From: Hyphomonas sp.
GTDB lineage: Bacteria; Pseudomonadota; Alphaproteobacteria; Caulobacterales; Hyphomonadaceae
Assembly (NCBI RefSeq): GCF_965284475.1
Contig: NZ_OZ260087.1
Span: 2,645,646-2,709,645 of the forward strand
Direction: 5' to 3'
Length of the DNA: 64,000 nucleotides
Shown here: piece after piece, positions 17,596-27,700 of the stretch
Layout of the letters: every line of letters starts with the position of its first letter
Numbering within the stretch: the first letter of the stretch is position 1
Notes under the pieces: model-generated
Told to the model about the DNA's origin: nothing
Seen by the model: the letters and a program-made list of their open reading frames with translations, nothing else
Databases searched by the model: none
Translations under genes and position numbers: made by a program

Positions 17596-20500
17596 TCAGA
17601 TCGTGCCTTCTTCCCAATCCATTGCCTGTTCGACGGGTGCGGAGGCGGTATCAGTCGCGTCCAGGCTGTGTTCGAGCTTTGCCGCGACTTCCGTAATCGT
17701 GGTCCCGCTCAACAGGTCTCTCAAGCCGATGTCGACATGCAGCGCTGCCTTGATGGCATTCCGGACCTGAACGGCCATCAGGGAGTCAAAGCCAAGGTCT
17801 GACAGTGGCTTGTATGCGTCGATGGTCGACGCGCTGTACCCGAGCGCGCGTCCGACATGACCCCTGAGAAACGCCTCAATAAGCTCTGCTCGCTCGTCTG
17901 CTGGCGCGGAGAGGATGTCATGGTCAAGTGAGATGGTCGGCTCTTCCTGCGTTCGGGACTCCAGGCCGCTCAGCCCGAAGAGTGCGCGGACACGCGGCGT
18001 GCTCTGAGCTGCAAGCAGCTCTATATTCGCTTTCAGAACTGCCGCGTAGGGCATTTCCTGTCCGACCACCCGCTCCATCGCGTCCAGTCCCTCTTCAAGG
18101 TCTATCTGACCCAGGCCGATCCGCTCCCAGCGTTCCCTGACGGAATCGGACAGGCGCGCTGCCATTCCGACTTCACCCCAGGCACCCCAGCCAATGCTGG
18201 TGATAGGCCGTCCGGCAGCGCGCCCCCCTGCGGCAAGACTGTCGAGCCAGGCGTTCGCGCTGGCATAGTTTGCCTGTCCAGGCCCGCCGAACATGGCCGA
18301 GCTTGATGAGAAGGCCACGAACCAGTCAAGCGGGGAACGCCCGGACGCCTTCATCAGGTTTTGTGCGCCATCGATCTTGGGCCCGGCCACGGCGCGGAAC
18401 CTGTCACGGTCTTGTTCACCGATGGGGGCGTCATCAAGCACACCTGCGGCATGGATGATCCCTCGCAATGGCAAGTGTGTGGATACATGTTGCTTCCAGA
18501 GTTCAGCTACGGATTCCGGATCCCCGATGTCACATGCAATCGCGCGAACGATGCAATCGTGTTGCTGGGCCAGATTTGCGGCGGTTTCCTGGGCTTGGGC
18601 GCTATTGCCAGAGCGGCTGACCAGTGTGATTTCGCCTGCGCCCCGTTCGGCGAGCCGCTGTGCCACAGCCAGTCCCAGACCTGCAAGGCCACCGGTGACG
18701 ATATAGGATCCGTCAGAGCGGACAGTCATACGGTTTGTTGGCTCGGGATCAGGCACAATCACGACCTTGCCCATGTGACGCGCGTTGGCCATGAACCGAA
18801 ACGCATCCTTGGCCTTGGCCAGCGAGAAGGCCTGAACGGGCAGCGGTGCCAGCTCCCCTTCTGATATCGCGTCGAGAATACTCTGGAAGGACGTGCGAAC
18901 CTGCTTCGGATCGACGATGATCTGATCACCGAGGTCGACGATGTGATAGTTGACATGCGGCGCGCGTTCTGCGGCTTCCTGCGGCGTCCATATATTGTTC
19001 TTGCCAATTTCCATGAACGCGCCGCCGGGGCGGATCACACGCATGCCTGCGTATATCATGTCTCCGGACAGGGCGTTGATGACGATGTCGACCCCCTCAC
19101 CTCCGGTTGCCTTCTCGATGGCATCGCCGAAGCTGGCTGACCGCGAGTCAAAGGCATACTTTGCCCCTTCGCCCAGCACAAAAGCGCGCTTTTCGTCAGA
19201 CCCTGCTGTCGCAATGACTTCAGCGCCGGCATTCAAGGCCATGCGCATGGCCGCGAGACCGACACCACCGGCCGCAGCGTGAACGAGAACGCGCTGTCCG
19301 GGCTTGATACCTCCAGCCATCGAATAGCAGAGGGCCGCAGTCAGATAGGTGTTGGGAAGCGTCACGGCCTCCGCAAAAGTTATGCAATCAGGTTTCGCCA
19401 GGACGAACCTCTGGCTCACGGTGACATGGCTTGCGAGGCTGTCGCCAGCAAGCGCGACGACTGCATCGCCGGGCTTCAGTCCTGTAACATTTTCACCGAC
19501 GCGGGTAATAATGCCGGCACATTCACTTCCCAGTGCGCCGGCATCGCCCGGATACATTCCCAGTGCGTTCAGAACGTCGCGAAAGTTGAGGCCGGTTGCG
19601 CGCACGCCAATTTCGACTTCGTCCGGTTCTGGAGCGCTGCGCGGCTCCTCGACGAGATGCAGCCGATCAAGGTCGCCTCTTTCCATAATACGAATGACAC
19701 TGCGTTGGCCGCTGGAAAGTGGTGGCGCTGATGTGACCGGAGCAAGGCGCGCGGCAAAGAGATCGCCATTGCGCAGCGCCAGTTCAGGCGCTCTGTCTGC
19801 CAGGGCGAGGGCATCGAATACATCCTGCGGATCAGGTGCCCGGCCTGGATCAAGATCGAGTTGCAGAAGAGGCATCGTCGGGCATTCGGCATCAATCGTG
19901 CGGCCCAGTCCAGCAAGCGTGCCCATGGCAAGAACCGGCGAGTCGCCCGGCGCAACGGCTTTGGCACCGCTGGTGAGAATGCATAGGCCGCATCCGGGTT
20001 TCTCGGACTCAAGGATTTGCGCGGCAGACAAAAGGTCAGCGAAAAGTTCTTCTTCGCGCCCTTCCTGCGTGTCGGTGTCGGCCGAGAGAGACGCGCAGTA
20101 CACGACCCATGATGGTGTGGAAGTCCTGAGCGTTGCTGACAGGTCGCCGAGCGTCACCAGTTGTGCACCTTCAACATCGGCAAGTGATGTTGCGAACTCG
20201 GTATTGTCTGAAACGATCAACAGGTCCTTCGGAATGCTGGCTTCAGGCCGCGGGACATTTTCCCAAGACAATTCAAGCTCATGGAGTGACATCTTGCTCG
20301 CGCCAAGCATCTTGGAAAGCGATGCGGCAGAGACAGCGCGTGCACGAAGTCCTTCAAATTGGGCGATGGGTTCGCCTGTCTCGGTTTCCATTGCGAGGTC
20401 CGCGACGAGCTCAACCTTGTTCGAGCTTTCCTTGCGGAGTCTTGCCGTCACGACGACCCGCCGCGGAGCCGTTCTCTCCCAGCGTATACGGTCAATTCCA

Positions 20501-23500
20501 ATGGGCAGGTAAAGTTGATCGTCTCCATCGTCCGGAACAATCGCACTTACGGCGTGGAACAGATTGTCGACCAGCGCTGGATGGAAACGGTAGTTGGCCA
20601 TGTCTTCTTCGGCGTCGGGCAGCACGGCAAGGCCGACTGCGATGCCGTCGCCTTTCTGCAGCGCTTCAAGCCCGCGGAAAATGGGGCCGTAATTCAGCCC
20701 CAGGGATTCCAGCCGACTGTAGTGTGCCTGAATATCAAGCGTTTCCGGGCACTCACTCTTCGCCTGTGCAGCACTCGGCATGGAAAAGCCGCCCAGGTCT
20801 GGCTGACGCGTCAGCCTGGTGCGCACGAGCGTGCGCCATGGCATGGCGGCGTCGTCGGGCACTTCGCGAACAGTCAGGGAATAGCTGTTCTTGTCCGCAG
20901 GCTCCAACTCGGTATGAACCGTGCAGGATGAGTTTGCATATAGCTCGAGGGGCGCTTCGATTGAAAGATCGGAGAGGGTAACGCTTCCCTTGCCAAGAAT
21001 TGCCTCACCTGCAGCGAGCGCCATCTCGACATAGCCGGTCGCAGGAAAAATGACCCGCCCGAGGATCTTGTGATCCGCAAGGAAGGAAGGTGATTGGGCA
21101 TCAATTGTGGAGATAAACGCCTTGCGCGGCGGCGGGACTTGCTGGATTTCTCCCAGAATCGGATGGAAATGATTGGTGTCCGGGCGCTTGCTGGCAGGCT
21201 GATCGTCAAACCAATAGCGATCATACTGGAAAGGGTAAGTCGGCGCGGGCACGAGGTGTCCGCTGCGATGCCGGTAGACACCCTTCCAGTCAATTTTGGC
21301 GCCTGCTGCATACGCCTGTGCCAGCGCGTTGAGCGCCGTGGCGTTATCATCCTGGCCTCTGCGGAGGCTGGGAACAGTTTTCCACTTTGCTGCAGGACGG
21401 GCACGTGCCGTAAGCCCCAGCAGGGCGGGCTGTGGGCCGAGCTCGATCAGGATGTCGGCCCCGGCCTCTTCCAGCGCCGCTACGCAGTCGCCGAAACGAA
21501 CAGCATTCCGGGCGTGGGCGCGCCAATAGGCGGCGTCAGGTTGAGTGCCTGTCTGGAAAGCTGATCCAGTGAGGTTTGAGATCAGCGGGATGCGGGCAGG
21601 CCGATAGGTGACTTTCCCTGCGGCTTGTTCGAACGCGTCCAGCATGGGGTCCAGGAGCGGGGAGTGGAATGCATGGCTAACCGTCAGGCGGCGCGTCGTC
21701 ACGCCCTTGCTTTCCAGTTCCTTCAGCACTGCCTCCACGGCAGATTCAGTTCCGGAAATGACGGTTTCTTCCACGCCGTTGACACCAGCGATGGCGATCT
21801 CGGTTTCACGGCCACCGAGCATGGGTGAAACCTGATCCTCAGGTGCGAAAATGGCTGCCATGGCGCCACCAGCCGGAAGCTGTTGCATGAGGCGCCCGCG
21901 CTCTGCCACAAGTTGCAATGCGTCCTCGTGACTCATTACTCCAGCCAGGCAAGCTGCGACGTATTCTCCGATACTGTGACCGACAACCATGGAAGGTGTG
22001 ATGCCCCATGACCGCCACAGCTCTGCCATCGCGTACTGGACTGCGAATAGCGCAGGCTGTGTATAGGCCGTTTCCGATATCGGGCTTTCCGCACCCTCAC
22101 TGGGGTACAAGACATCCTGAAGCGGTAGTTCAAGCGCGTCTTTCAGAATAAGTGCGGACTGGTCGATCGACGCACGAAACACAGGCTCGGACTCATAAAG
22201 TCCGCGTGTCATGCCAGGGTATTGAGCACCCTGGCCGGTGCAAAGGAAAGCAACGCGCGGCGAGCTGCCGCCGCTGGTATGACCGATAGTCATTCCCGGG
22301 AGACTGTCACCCTTTGCCAGCGCCGCCAGCTTTTCGCGAAGGTCATTGCTGTCGGATACGACGAGAGCCGCACGATGCATGAGCTGTGACCGCCCGACGG
22401 CAAGTGTCCGTGCAAGATCGTTGAGCGCGGGTGCGCCATCTCTTGAGACAAAGTCACCATATCGCGCAGCGAGTTGCCGGAGCGCGCCCGGCGTTTCGGC
22501 AGATATCGGGATTATGCTGGTGCGATCACTCCCGGCGGGCGATCGTTTGTTTTGCGGGGCGTCGGACAGGATCGCGTGGACGTTTGTGCCGCTGAACCCG
22601 AATGCGCTGACCCCGGCGCGTCGGGGCGTATCACGTCTAGGCCAAGGGGTCGTTTCGGTCACAACTTCGAGCGGCAGATCATCCCAGTCTATTCCCGGGT
22701 TCGGGATATCAAAATGCAATTGCGGCAGAATGGATTCCGACCGGAAGCAGACTAGGACCTTGAGCAGCCCTGCAATGCCGGACGCCGCTTCTGCGTGGCC
22801 AAGGTTTGTCTTGATTGAGCCGATACGAAGCGGCTGAGAAGGGTCGCGTCCATTACACAGGACAGCCCCGAGAGCGCCAGCCTCGATAGGGTCTCCGATT
22901 GGCGTGCCAGTGCCGTGGGCCTCAATATAGTCGATGTCCAGGGGGCCGAGGTGCGCGCTTGCCAGAGCGGCCTTCAACATGCGCTCCTGCGCGGGACCAC
23001 TCGGGACAGTCATTCCGCTCGAGCGGCCATCCGAATTTGTTGCCGAACCGACGAGCAGTCCAAGTATCGGATTGCCGTCCTTCTCGGCATCGGACAGTCG
23101 CTTCAAGGCGATCATGGCGCAGCCCTCGCCGCGGGCAAAGCCGTTAGCTGACGCGTCAAATGTCTTGCAAGCGCCATCTGGTGAGAGCATTCCCCATCTT
23201 GAAAACATCGCCATAGCATCGGGCATGGCGATGACGGCCACGCCACCGGCCAGGGCCAGGTCGCTTTCGCCATTCCGAAGGCTTTGGCAGGCGAGGTGAA
23301 TGGCATTCAGTGATGACGAGCAGGCAGTATCGATGGCGGCGCTGGGCCCAAGGAAACCGTAAGTGAATGAGATGCGGCCAGGGGCTGCATTCATGGCGCC
23401 TCCGGTGGCCGAATAGACGTCGGATTGTTCCGCGCCATTGGACCACATCAGGCGCCCATATTCGGTCGTCGAGATGCCGACGAAGACGCCGGTTGCGCTT

Positions 23501-23928
23501 CCTTCAAGCTGATCCGGCGCGATGCCAGCTGTTTCCATCGCTTCGTGCGCCGTTTCCAGAAGCATTCGCTGCTGTGGATCCAGCGATTTTGCCTCCCGTG
23601 GAGAGATGCCGAAGAATTGCGGGTCGAACTGATCAATCCGGTCCAGAAATCCGCCCTTCTTGGTTACAATCTTGCCGGCTGCGTCACGGTCCGGCGAATA
23701 ATACGCCTCAGCGTCCCAGCGGTCGGCGGGGACGGTGCGGACCGCGTTCACCTTGCCGGAAAGCAGGGCCTGCAAATCGTCCAGGGAGCGGACCCCACCA
23801 GGATAGCGCAAGCCGCAGCCCACAATGGCAATTGGCTCAGACTTTGCACGCTTGGCGACATCAAGTTTTGACTGGAGGCGCTCAATTGCGACGAGGGCGT
23901 CTTTCAGCATATCCCGCGGTGTGGTCAT
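17596..23928 (-). CDS. Modular type I PKS 'F': KS-AT(malonyl)-DH-ER-KR(B)-ACP, with C-terminal DWEEGTI docking motif
   Basis: KS DTACSSS/HGTGT/NLGH; AT GHSIG and HAFH; DH DHKILGRVIFP; ER LNFRDVL and HAAAGGVG; KR VLDD and GQANYASAN; ACP GFDSL. The ATG at 23928 overlaps the upstream TGA. Confidence 0.92.
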   Translation of the reverse strand: MTTPRDMLKDALVAIERLQSKLDVAKRAKSEPIAIVGCGLRYPGGVRSLDDLQALLSGKVNAVRTVPADRWDAEAYYSPDRDAAGKIVTKKGGFLDRIDQFDPQFFGISPREAKSLDPQQRMLLETAHEAMETAGIAPDQLEGSATGVFVGISTTEYGRLMWSNGAEQSDVYSATGGAMNAAPGRISFTYGFLGPSAAIDTACSSSLNAIHLACQSLRNGESDLALAGGVAVIAMPDAMAMFSRWGMLSPDGACKTFDASANGFARGEGCAMIALKRLSDAEKDGNPILGLLVGSATNSDGRSSGMTVPSGPAQERMLKAALASAHLGPLDIDYIEAHGTGTPIGDPIEAGALGAVLCNGRDPSQPLRIGSIKTNLGHAEAASGIAGLLKVLVCFRSESILPQLHFDIPNPGIDWDDLPLEVVTETTPWPRRDTPRRAGVSAFGFSGTNVHAILSDAPQNKRSPAGSDRTSIIPISAETPGALRQLAARYGDFVSRDGAPALNDLARTLAVGRSQLMHRAALVVSDSNDLREKLAALAKGDSLPGMTIGHTSGGSSPRVAFLCTGQGAQYPGMTRGLYESEPVFRASIDQSALILKDALELPLQDVLYPSEGAESPISETAYTQPALFAVQYAMAELWRSWGITPSMVVGHSIGEYVAACLAGVMSHEDALQLVAERGRLMQQLPAGGAMAAIFAPEDQVSPMLGGRETEIAIAGVNGVEETVISGTESAVEAVLKELESKGVTTRRLTVSHAFHSPLLDPMLDAFEQAAGKVTYRPARIPLISNLTGSAFQTGTQPDAAYWRAHARNAVRFGDCVAALEEAGADILIELGPQPALLGLTARARPAAKWKTVPSLRRGQDDNATALNALAQAYAAGAKIDWKGVYRHRSGHLVPAPTYPFQYDRYWFDDQPASKRPDTNHFHPILGEIQQVPPPRKAFISTIDAQSPSFLADHKILGRVIFPATGYVEMALAAGEAILGKGSVTLSDLSIEAPLELYANSSCTVHTELEPADKNSYSLTVREVPDDAAMPWRTLVRTRLTRQPDLGGFSMPSAAQAKSECPETLDIQAHYSRLESLGLNYGPIFRGLEALQKGDGIAVGLAVLPDAEEDMANYRFHPALVDNLFHAVSAIVPDDGDDQLYLPIGIDRIRWERTAPRRVVVTARLRKESSNKVELVADLAMETETGEPIAQFEGLRARAVSAASLSKMLGASKMSLHELELSWENVPRPEASIPKDLLIVSDNTEFATSLADVEGAQLVTLGDLSATLRTSTPSWVVYCASLSADTDTQEGREEELFADLLSAAQILESEKPGCGLCILTSGAKAVAPGDSPVLAMGTLAGLGRTIDAECPTMPLLQLDLDPGRAPDPQDVFDALALADRAPELALRNGDLFAARLAPVTSAPPLSSGQRSVIRIMERGDLDRLHLVEEPRSAPEPDEVEIGVRATGLNFRDVLNALGMYPGDAGALGSECAGIITRVGENVTGLKPGDAVVALAGDSLASHVTVSQRFVLAKPDCITFAEAVTLPNTYLTAALCYSMAGGIKPGQRVLVHAAAGGVGLAAMRMALNAGAEVIATAGSDEKRAFVLGEGAKYAFDSRSASFGDAIEKATGGEGVDIVINALSGDMIYAGMRVIRPGGAFMEIGKNNIWTPQEAAERAPHVNYHIVDLGDQIIVDPKQVRTSFQSILDAISEGELAPLPVQAFSLAKAKDAFRFMANARHMGKVVIVPDPEPTNRMTVRSDGSYIVTGGLAGLGLAVAQRLAERGAGEITLVSRSGNSAQAQETAANLAQQHDCIVRAIACDIGDPESVAELWKQHVSTHLPLRGIIHAAGVLDDAPIGEQDRDRFRAVAGPKIDGAQNLMKASGRSPLDWFVAFSSSSAMFGGPGQANYASANAWLDSLAAGGRAAGRPITSIGWGAWGEVGMAARLSDSVRERWERIGLGQIDLEEGLDAMERVVGQEMPYAAVLKANIELLAAQSTPRVRALFGLSGLESRTQEEPTISLDHDILSAPADERAELIEAFLRGHVGRALGYSASTIDAYKPLSDLGFDSLMAVQVRNAIKAALHVDIGLRDLLSGTTITEVAAKLEHSLDATDTASAPVEQAMDWEEGTI

Positions 23929-24797
23929 GGATTTATTCTTTTCAGGTGTGCGTTCAGCGTAAAGATGAGTGGGGTGGCACATGCGATGCAAATGATCGCT
24001 AAAAGGACAATTCTGTTCGAATTATATCCTTCATTGTCTATAAGCCAGCCCGCCAGGAATGCCAGTGGAACCGGAGCAAGTAGAAGCGGCGCGGATGGCG
24101 CAATTGGTGCCAGGAAGGCGGCTCGGTCTAGCAGTAGCAGAGCCAGCAATCCCAACACGCCTGTCACCGCGAAATGAAGACTATGTCGCAATTCCAGTTC
24201 CACCCACATGCCCGGCATAAACGGTGCAAGAATGATCACAATACCTGCTGTGACATAGAACAAGTTCGTGCTTGTTTTTTCGCCGCGAAGAGCGCGCGAC
24301 AGAACAAGAAACAGGCTGAACGAGACGGGCATGCCCAGAATTGCGAGCCATACAAACCCGAACGGGATAATGTCTCCCTGAGCATAGATCGCCATTGCCG
24401 CAACACTACCCATAGTAGCAACCAGCCACGTCATGTGGTTTGCACGTTCTCCTAATAATATAGCCGAGAATAGAATCACCAGAATGGGAGTTCCCCAGAA
24501 GGCGGCATGAACGGCGTGCCCGTACCCTGCATTGGAGGCGAATGCCCAGGACACCGGCATCAACAGCAGGAACACCGCGCGAAGTATCTGTGTCACCGGC
24601 TTTTGGGTGCGGATAAGATCGCCACGTGACCTGAAGCCAGCGATCGCCACCCACATACACAGCAGTATCAGATAGTGCAGCCACACGACCTGAAACGGCG
24701 GGTACTGATTCAAAAGCGTGCCGACAATCGCTTCGGTCACGGTCCAAACGAGGACGAATCCCAGCATCAGGGAGATGGTACGATAAGAACCCGTCAT
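23925..24797 (-). CDS. EamA/DMT family transporter embedded in the PKS operon
   Basis: 290 aa with about 10 TM segments in two repeats (PFQVVWLHY; ILFSAILLGER). ATGA overlaps at both ends. Confidence 0.8.
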   Translation of the reverse strand: MTGSYRTISLMLGFVLVWTVTEAIVGTLLNQYPPFQVVWLHYLILLCMWVAIAGFRSRGDLIRTQKPVTQILRAVFLLLMPVSWAFASNAGYGHAVHAAFWGTPILVILFSAILLGERANHMTWLVATMGSVAAMAIYAQGDIIPFGFVWLAILGMPVSFSLFLVLSRALRGEKTSTNLFYVTAGIVIILAPFMPGMWVELELRHSLHFAVTGVLGLLALLLLDRAAFLAPIAPSAPLLLAPVPLAFLAGWLIDNEGYNSNRIVLLAIICIACATPLIFTLNAHLKRINP

Positions 24798-27700
24798 TCG
24801 AGTGAATCCAGTGTGGCCCGAAGGCGCGCCGCCAAGTCTTCCTCGCTTATGGAATCATAGTCGTCGACTGGTTGGGAAAGCTCTGTCTTGCCGGTCGTTT
24901 CCATTTTCGCTGGAGACGTCTGAATTCCAAAGCGTGAATCCAGGAAACCGGCCAGCGCATTTACATTCGGATAATTGAACGTCACCGTCGTGGGCAATTT
25001 CAGTCCGGTTCCCACCTCTAGCCGCCTGCGCAGCTCAACTGACATGAGGCTGTCCATACCCATTTCGAAGAGCCCCCGGTCAGGCGAGATGGCATCACCT
25101 GAGGCCTCACCCATAACGATGGCCGCCTCTGCGGCCACGAATTGGGCCAGAATGTCCCGGCGTGCCGACTCGTGAGCGTTTGCGAGCTTGTCCAGGAGAT
25201 CCTTCGCCGCGGACGAACTGTCATTGTTGGCTTGGGGGGCTTTAAGGCTGTCGGGCGCTGCTTGGTCGGCATGGCCGAGCTTTGAAAGCAGCGGTCGCGG
25301 ACGGCGGGTTTCATGTAGTGCCTTCAGGCGCCCCCAATCGATCGAGGCAACAAGCCGCTGGCCGGACTGCGGCGCGTTGATCAGGCCACCCAGCGCATCC
25401 AGTGCCGCCTCGGCATACATGGGCTGGAGGCCTTGCTCGCTATAAGTTCGCTGGATGTCATCGGATGCCAGTCGCATCGTGTCCCAGGTCCCCCACCCAA
25501 CGGAAAGCACATTCAGGCCGCCCGTGCCTGGATTCTGAGCGCTGGCGTCAAGAAATGCGTTTGCCGCCGCATAATGGGCAAAACCAGGCGCACCGAGCAC
25601 AGCTGTTGTGGATGAAAAAAGCGCCAGGAAGTCGGCCCCCCGTTTGGATAGCGTTGCCTCAAGCGCAAGCGTCCCTGCGATTTTCGGCCGCAGCATGGCG
25701 TCGACTTGTGACAGACTCAGATCCCCCATGGCGACAGCTTCGAGGTGAGCGGCTGCATGAATTGTGCCACGGAGCGGAGGGCCCGACAGGAGCAGATCAT
25801 TGAGGGCATCCTCAAGTGAGGCTTCGTCGGCAATGTCCACTTTTATCGCAACTGCATCAGCGCCAGCCTCGCGTATAGCGGTCATCGCAGGGCCATCGGG
25901 CTCTGGGTTCCGGCCGAGAAGCGCGACGCGGCCGGCGCCATGATCAGCCAGCCATTTCGCAACAATCGTACCGAGTCCTCCGAACCCGCCAGTGACGAGA
26001 TAAGTGCCGTTAGCGTCGAAACGCACAGTTTCTTCACTGATTGCGGGAACCTCACAAAGGCGTGGGACAAAACGTTGTCCGTTTCGCCATGCACATTGAT
26101 CCTCATCGTCACGCGTCACGATTGATTTGACGAGAGCGCTGGCCTGGGCGGTCAGTTGGTCTTCACTATCGAGATCGATCAAACCTCCCCAGCTTGACGG
26201 CGCCTCGAGCGCAGCTGTCCGGCCAAAGCCAAGCGCTGGGGCTTGCCATCTTGAATGGGCTGCAGGTTGAGATCCATCACAACAGTGAACACCTCTTGTG
26301 GCGACCCAGAGTCTGGAGCCGTCATGCTTTTCCGCAAGACGAAGCAGATGCCGCAGGGGTGCCATGAAGGCCGCCTCTTCCATTTCAGTGAAAGCTGACA
26401 TGTCTGGCGCAAAGCCCGGATTCGCAAGCGCGAGCGCGCCAAGATAGACAATGTCACAGGGTTCATCAGAGCTGATCTCTGCTTCCGGGTGCACAGCGAA
26501 GCCTCGCGCCTCAAAGGTATGAGTCACAGCTTCCTGGAACTCTCCAGCGTCCCCCACAATCGCAATATGACGTTTGCTTTCAGGCTTGCGCGCGGCAATC
26601 AGCATTTGCTGCGCGCCGGCCCTTCCAAGTCTGGCTTCACCGCCAACGCGGGCGATTTGATTCAAACCTGTCTGATGGAGCAGTTCGGACCAGGCCGCTG
26701 CGGATATCAGGGGGTAATCAGGGCGGAGTGACTTGTCGCTAAATCTCCACCATCCTGGCGTCATCCCGAATGTCAGGTCTACCCACCGCTCGGGAGCGAC
26801 GCCTTCCAGGAGCAGCAACTGACCGCCCGGGGAAAGCAGCGATTGAGCATGCAAAACGGCTTTGCACAGGTCCTCGGTTGCGTGGAGGACATTTGCGGCG
26901 ACCACAATATCGAATGATTCCAGCTCCTGGCCCTGTGAGGCCGGATCGCTCTCGATGTTCAAAATGTCGGTAGAAAACCCAGCGACGTGGCCGTAAGTCC
27001 TGGACGCATCGTCGAGGAAATGCGGAGACACGTCGGTGAAGACGTACTCTATCTGCCTGCCTTCGAAGGCCGCAAGTATTGATCCGGTACTACCGCCTGT
27101 GCCGCCTCCGATTTCGAGTATGCGAACGCGGTGGTCGTCCGGAACGGTCTGTATCACTTGCCGGAGCAGCTCGGCGATCGCGCCGTTGAACGTGCGGGCG
27201 AAGGGCGCCTCGATGTACAACTGGCGCGCTTCTTCGAGAGAGCCATCCGGGAAGAGAAGGCCCACTGCATTCTTCTCACCTTTCAGTACGTCTGCGAGCG
27301 CGACACCACACCGCCGAAGGATTGAAAGTTCTGCGCACTTGCTACCAAACTGCTCAACGGCGCGCTCATACAGGTCAGCTGCATCGTGCCGGGGCAGGGG
27401 ATAAATTGGCCAGAATTCGGTTCCGTCTGTAGAAAGAATATTCTCTTCTGCAAGAATCTGCAGCAGCCTGCTAAAGAGTTGGGTCTGGTCCGGAGCGACC
27501 GAAAGACGTTTCGCCTCTTCTGTCGCCATAAATCGTCGGCCAACGCTTTCGTCGAATCCGAGATCCCTAAACGCCTTGCTCACATAGGCGAGTGAAATGT
27601 GATCCAGCGCAGGCAACAGGTCATCATAACTGCCTAGACCATGCGCTGTGGCGAGATCAGTGAAAGCTGACTCAAGAGCGCTGTGCACGGATTCCGGCGA

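Noticed and set aside
23929-23991. Upstream extension of PKS F given in the ORF track (start 23991)
   Set aside because: It lies inside the DMT gene. ATG 23928 gives an ATGA overlap and begins at a typical docking helix.
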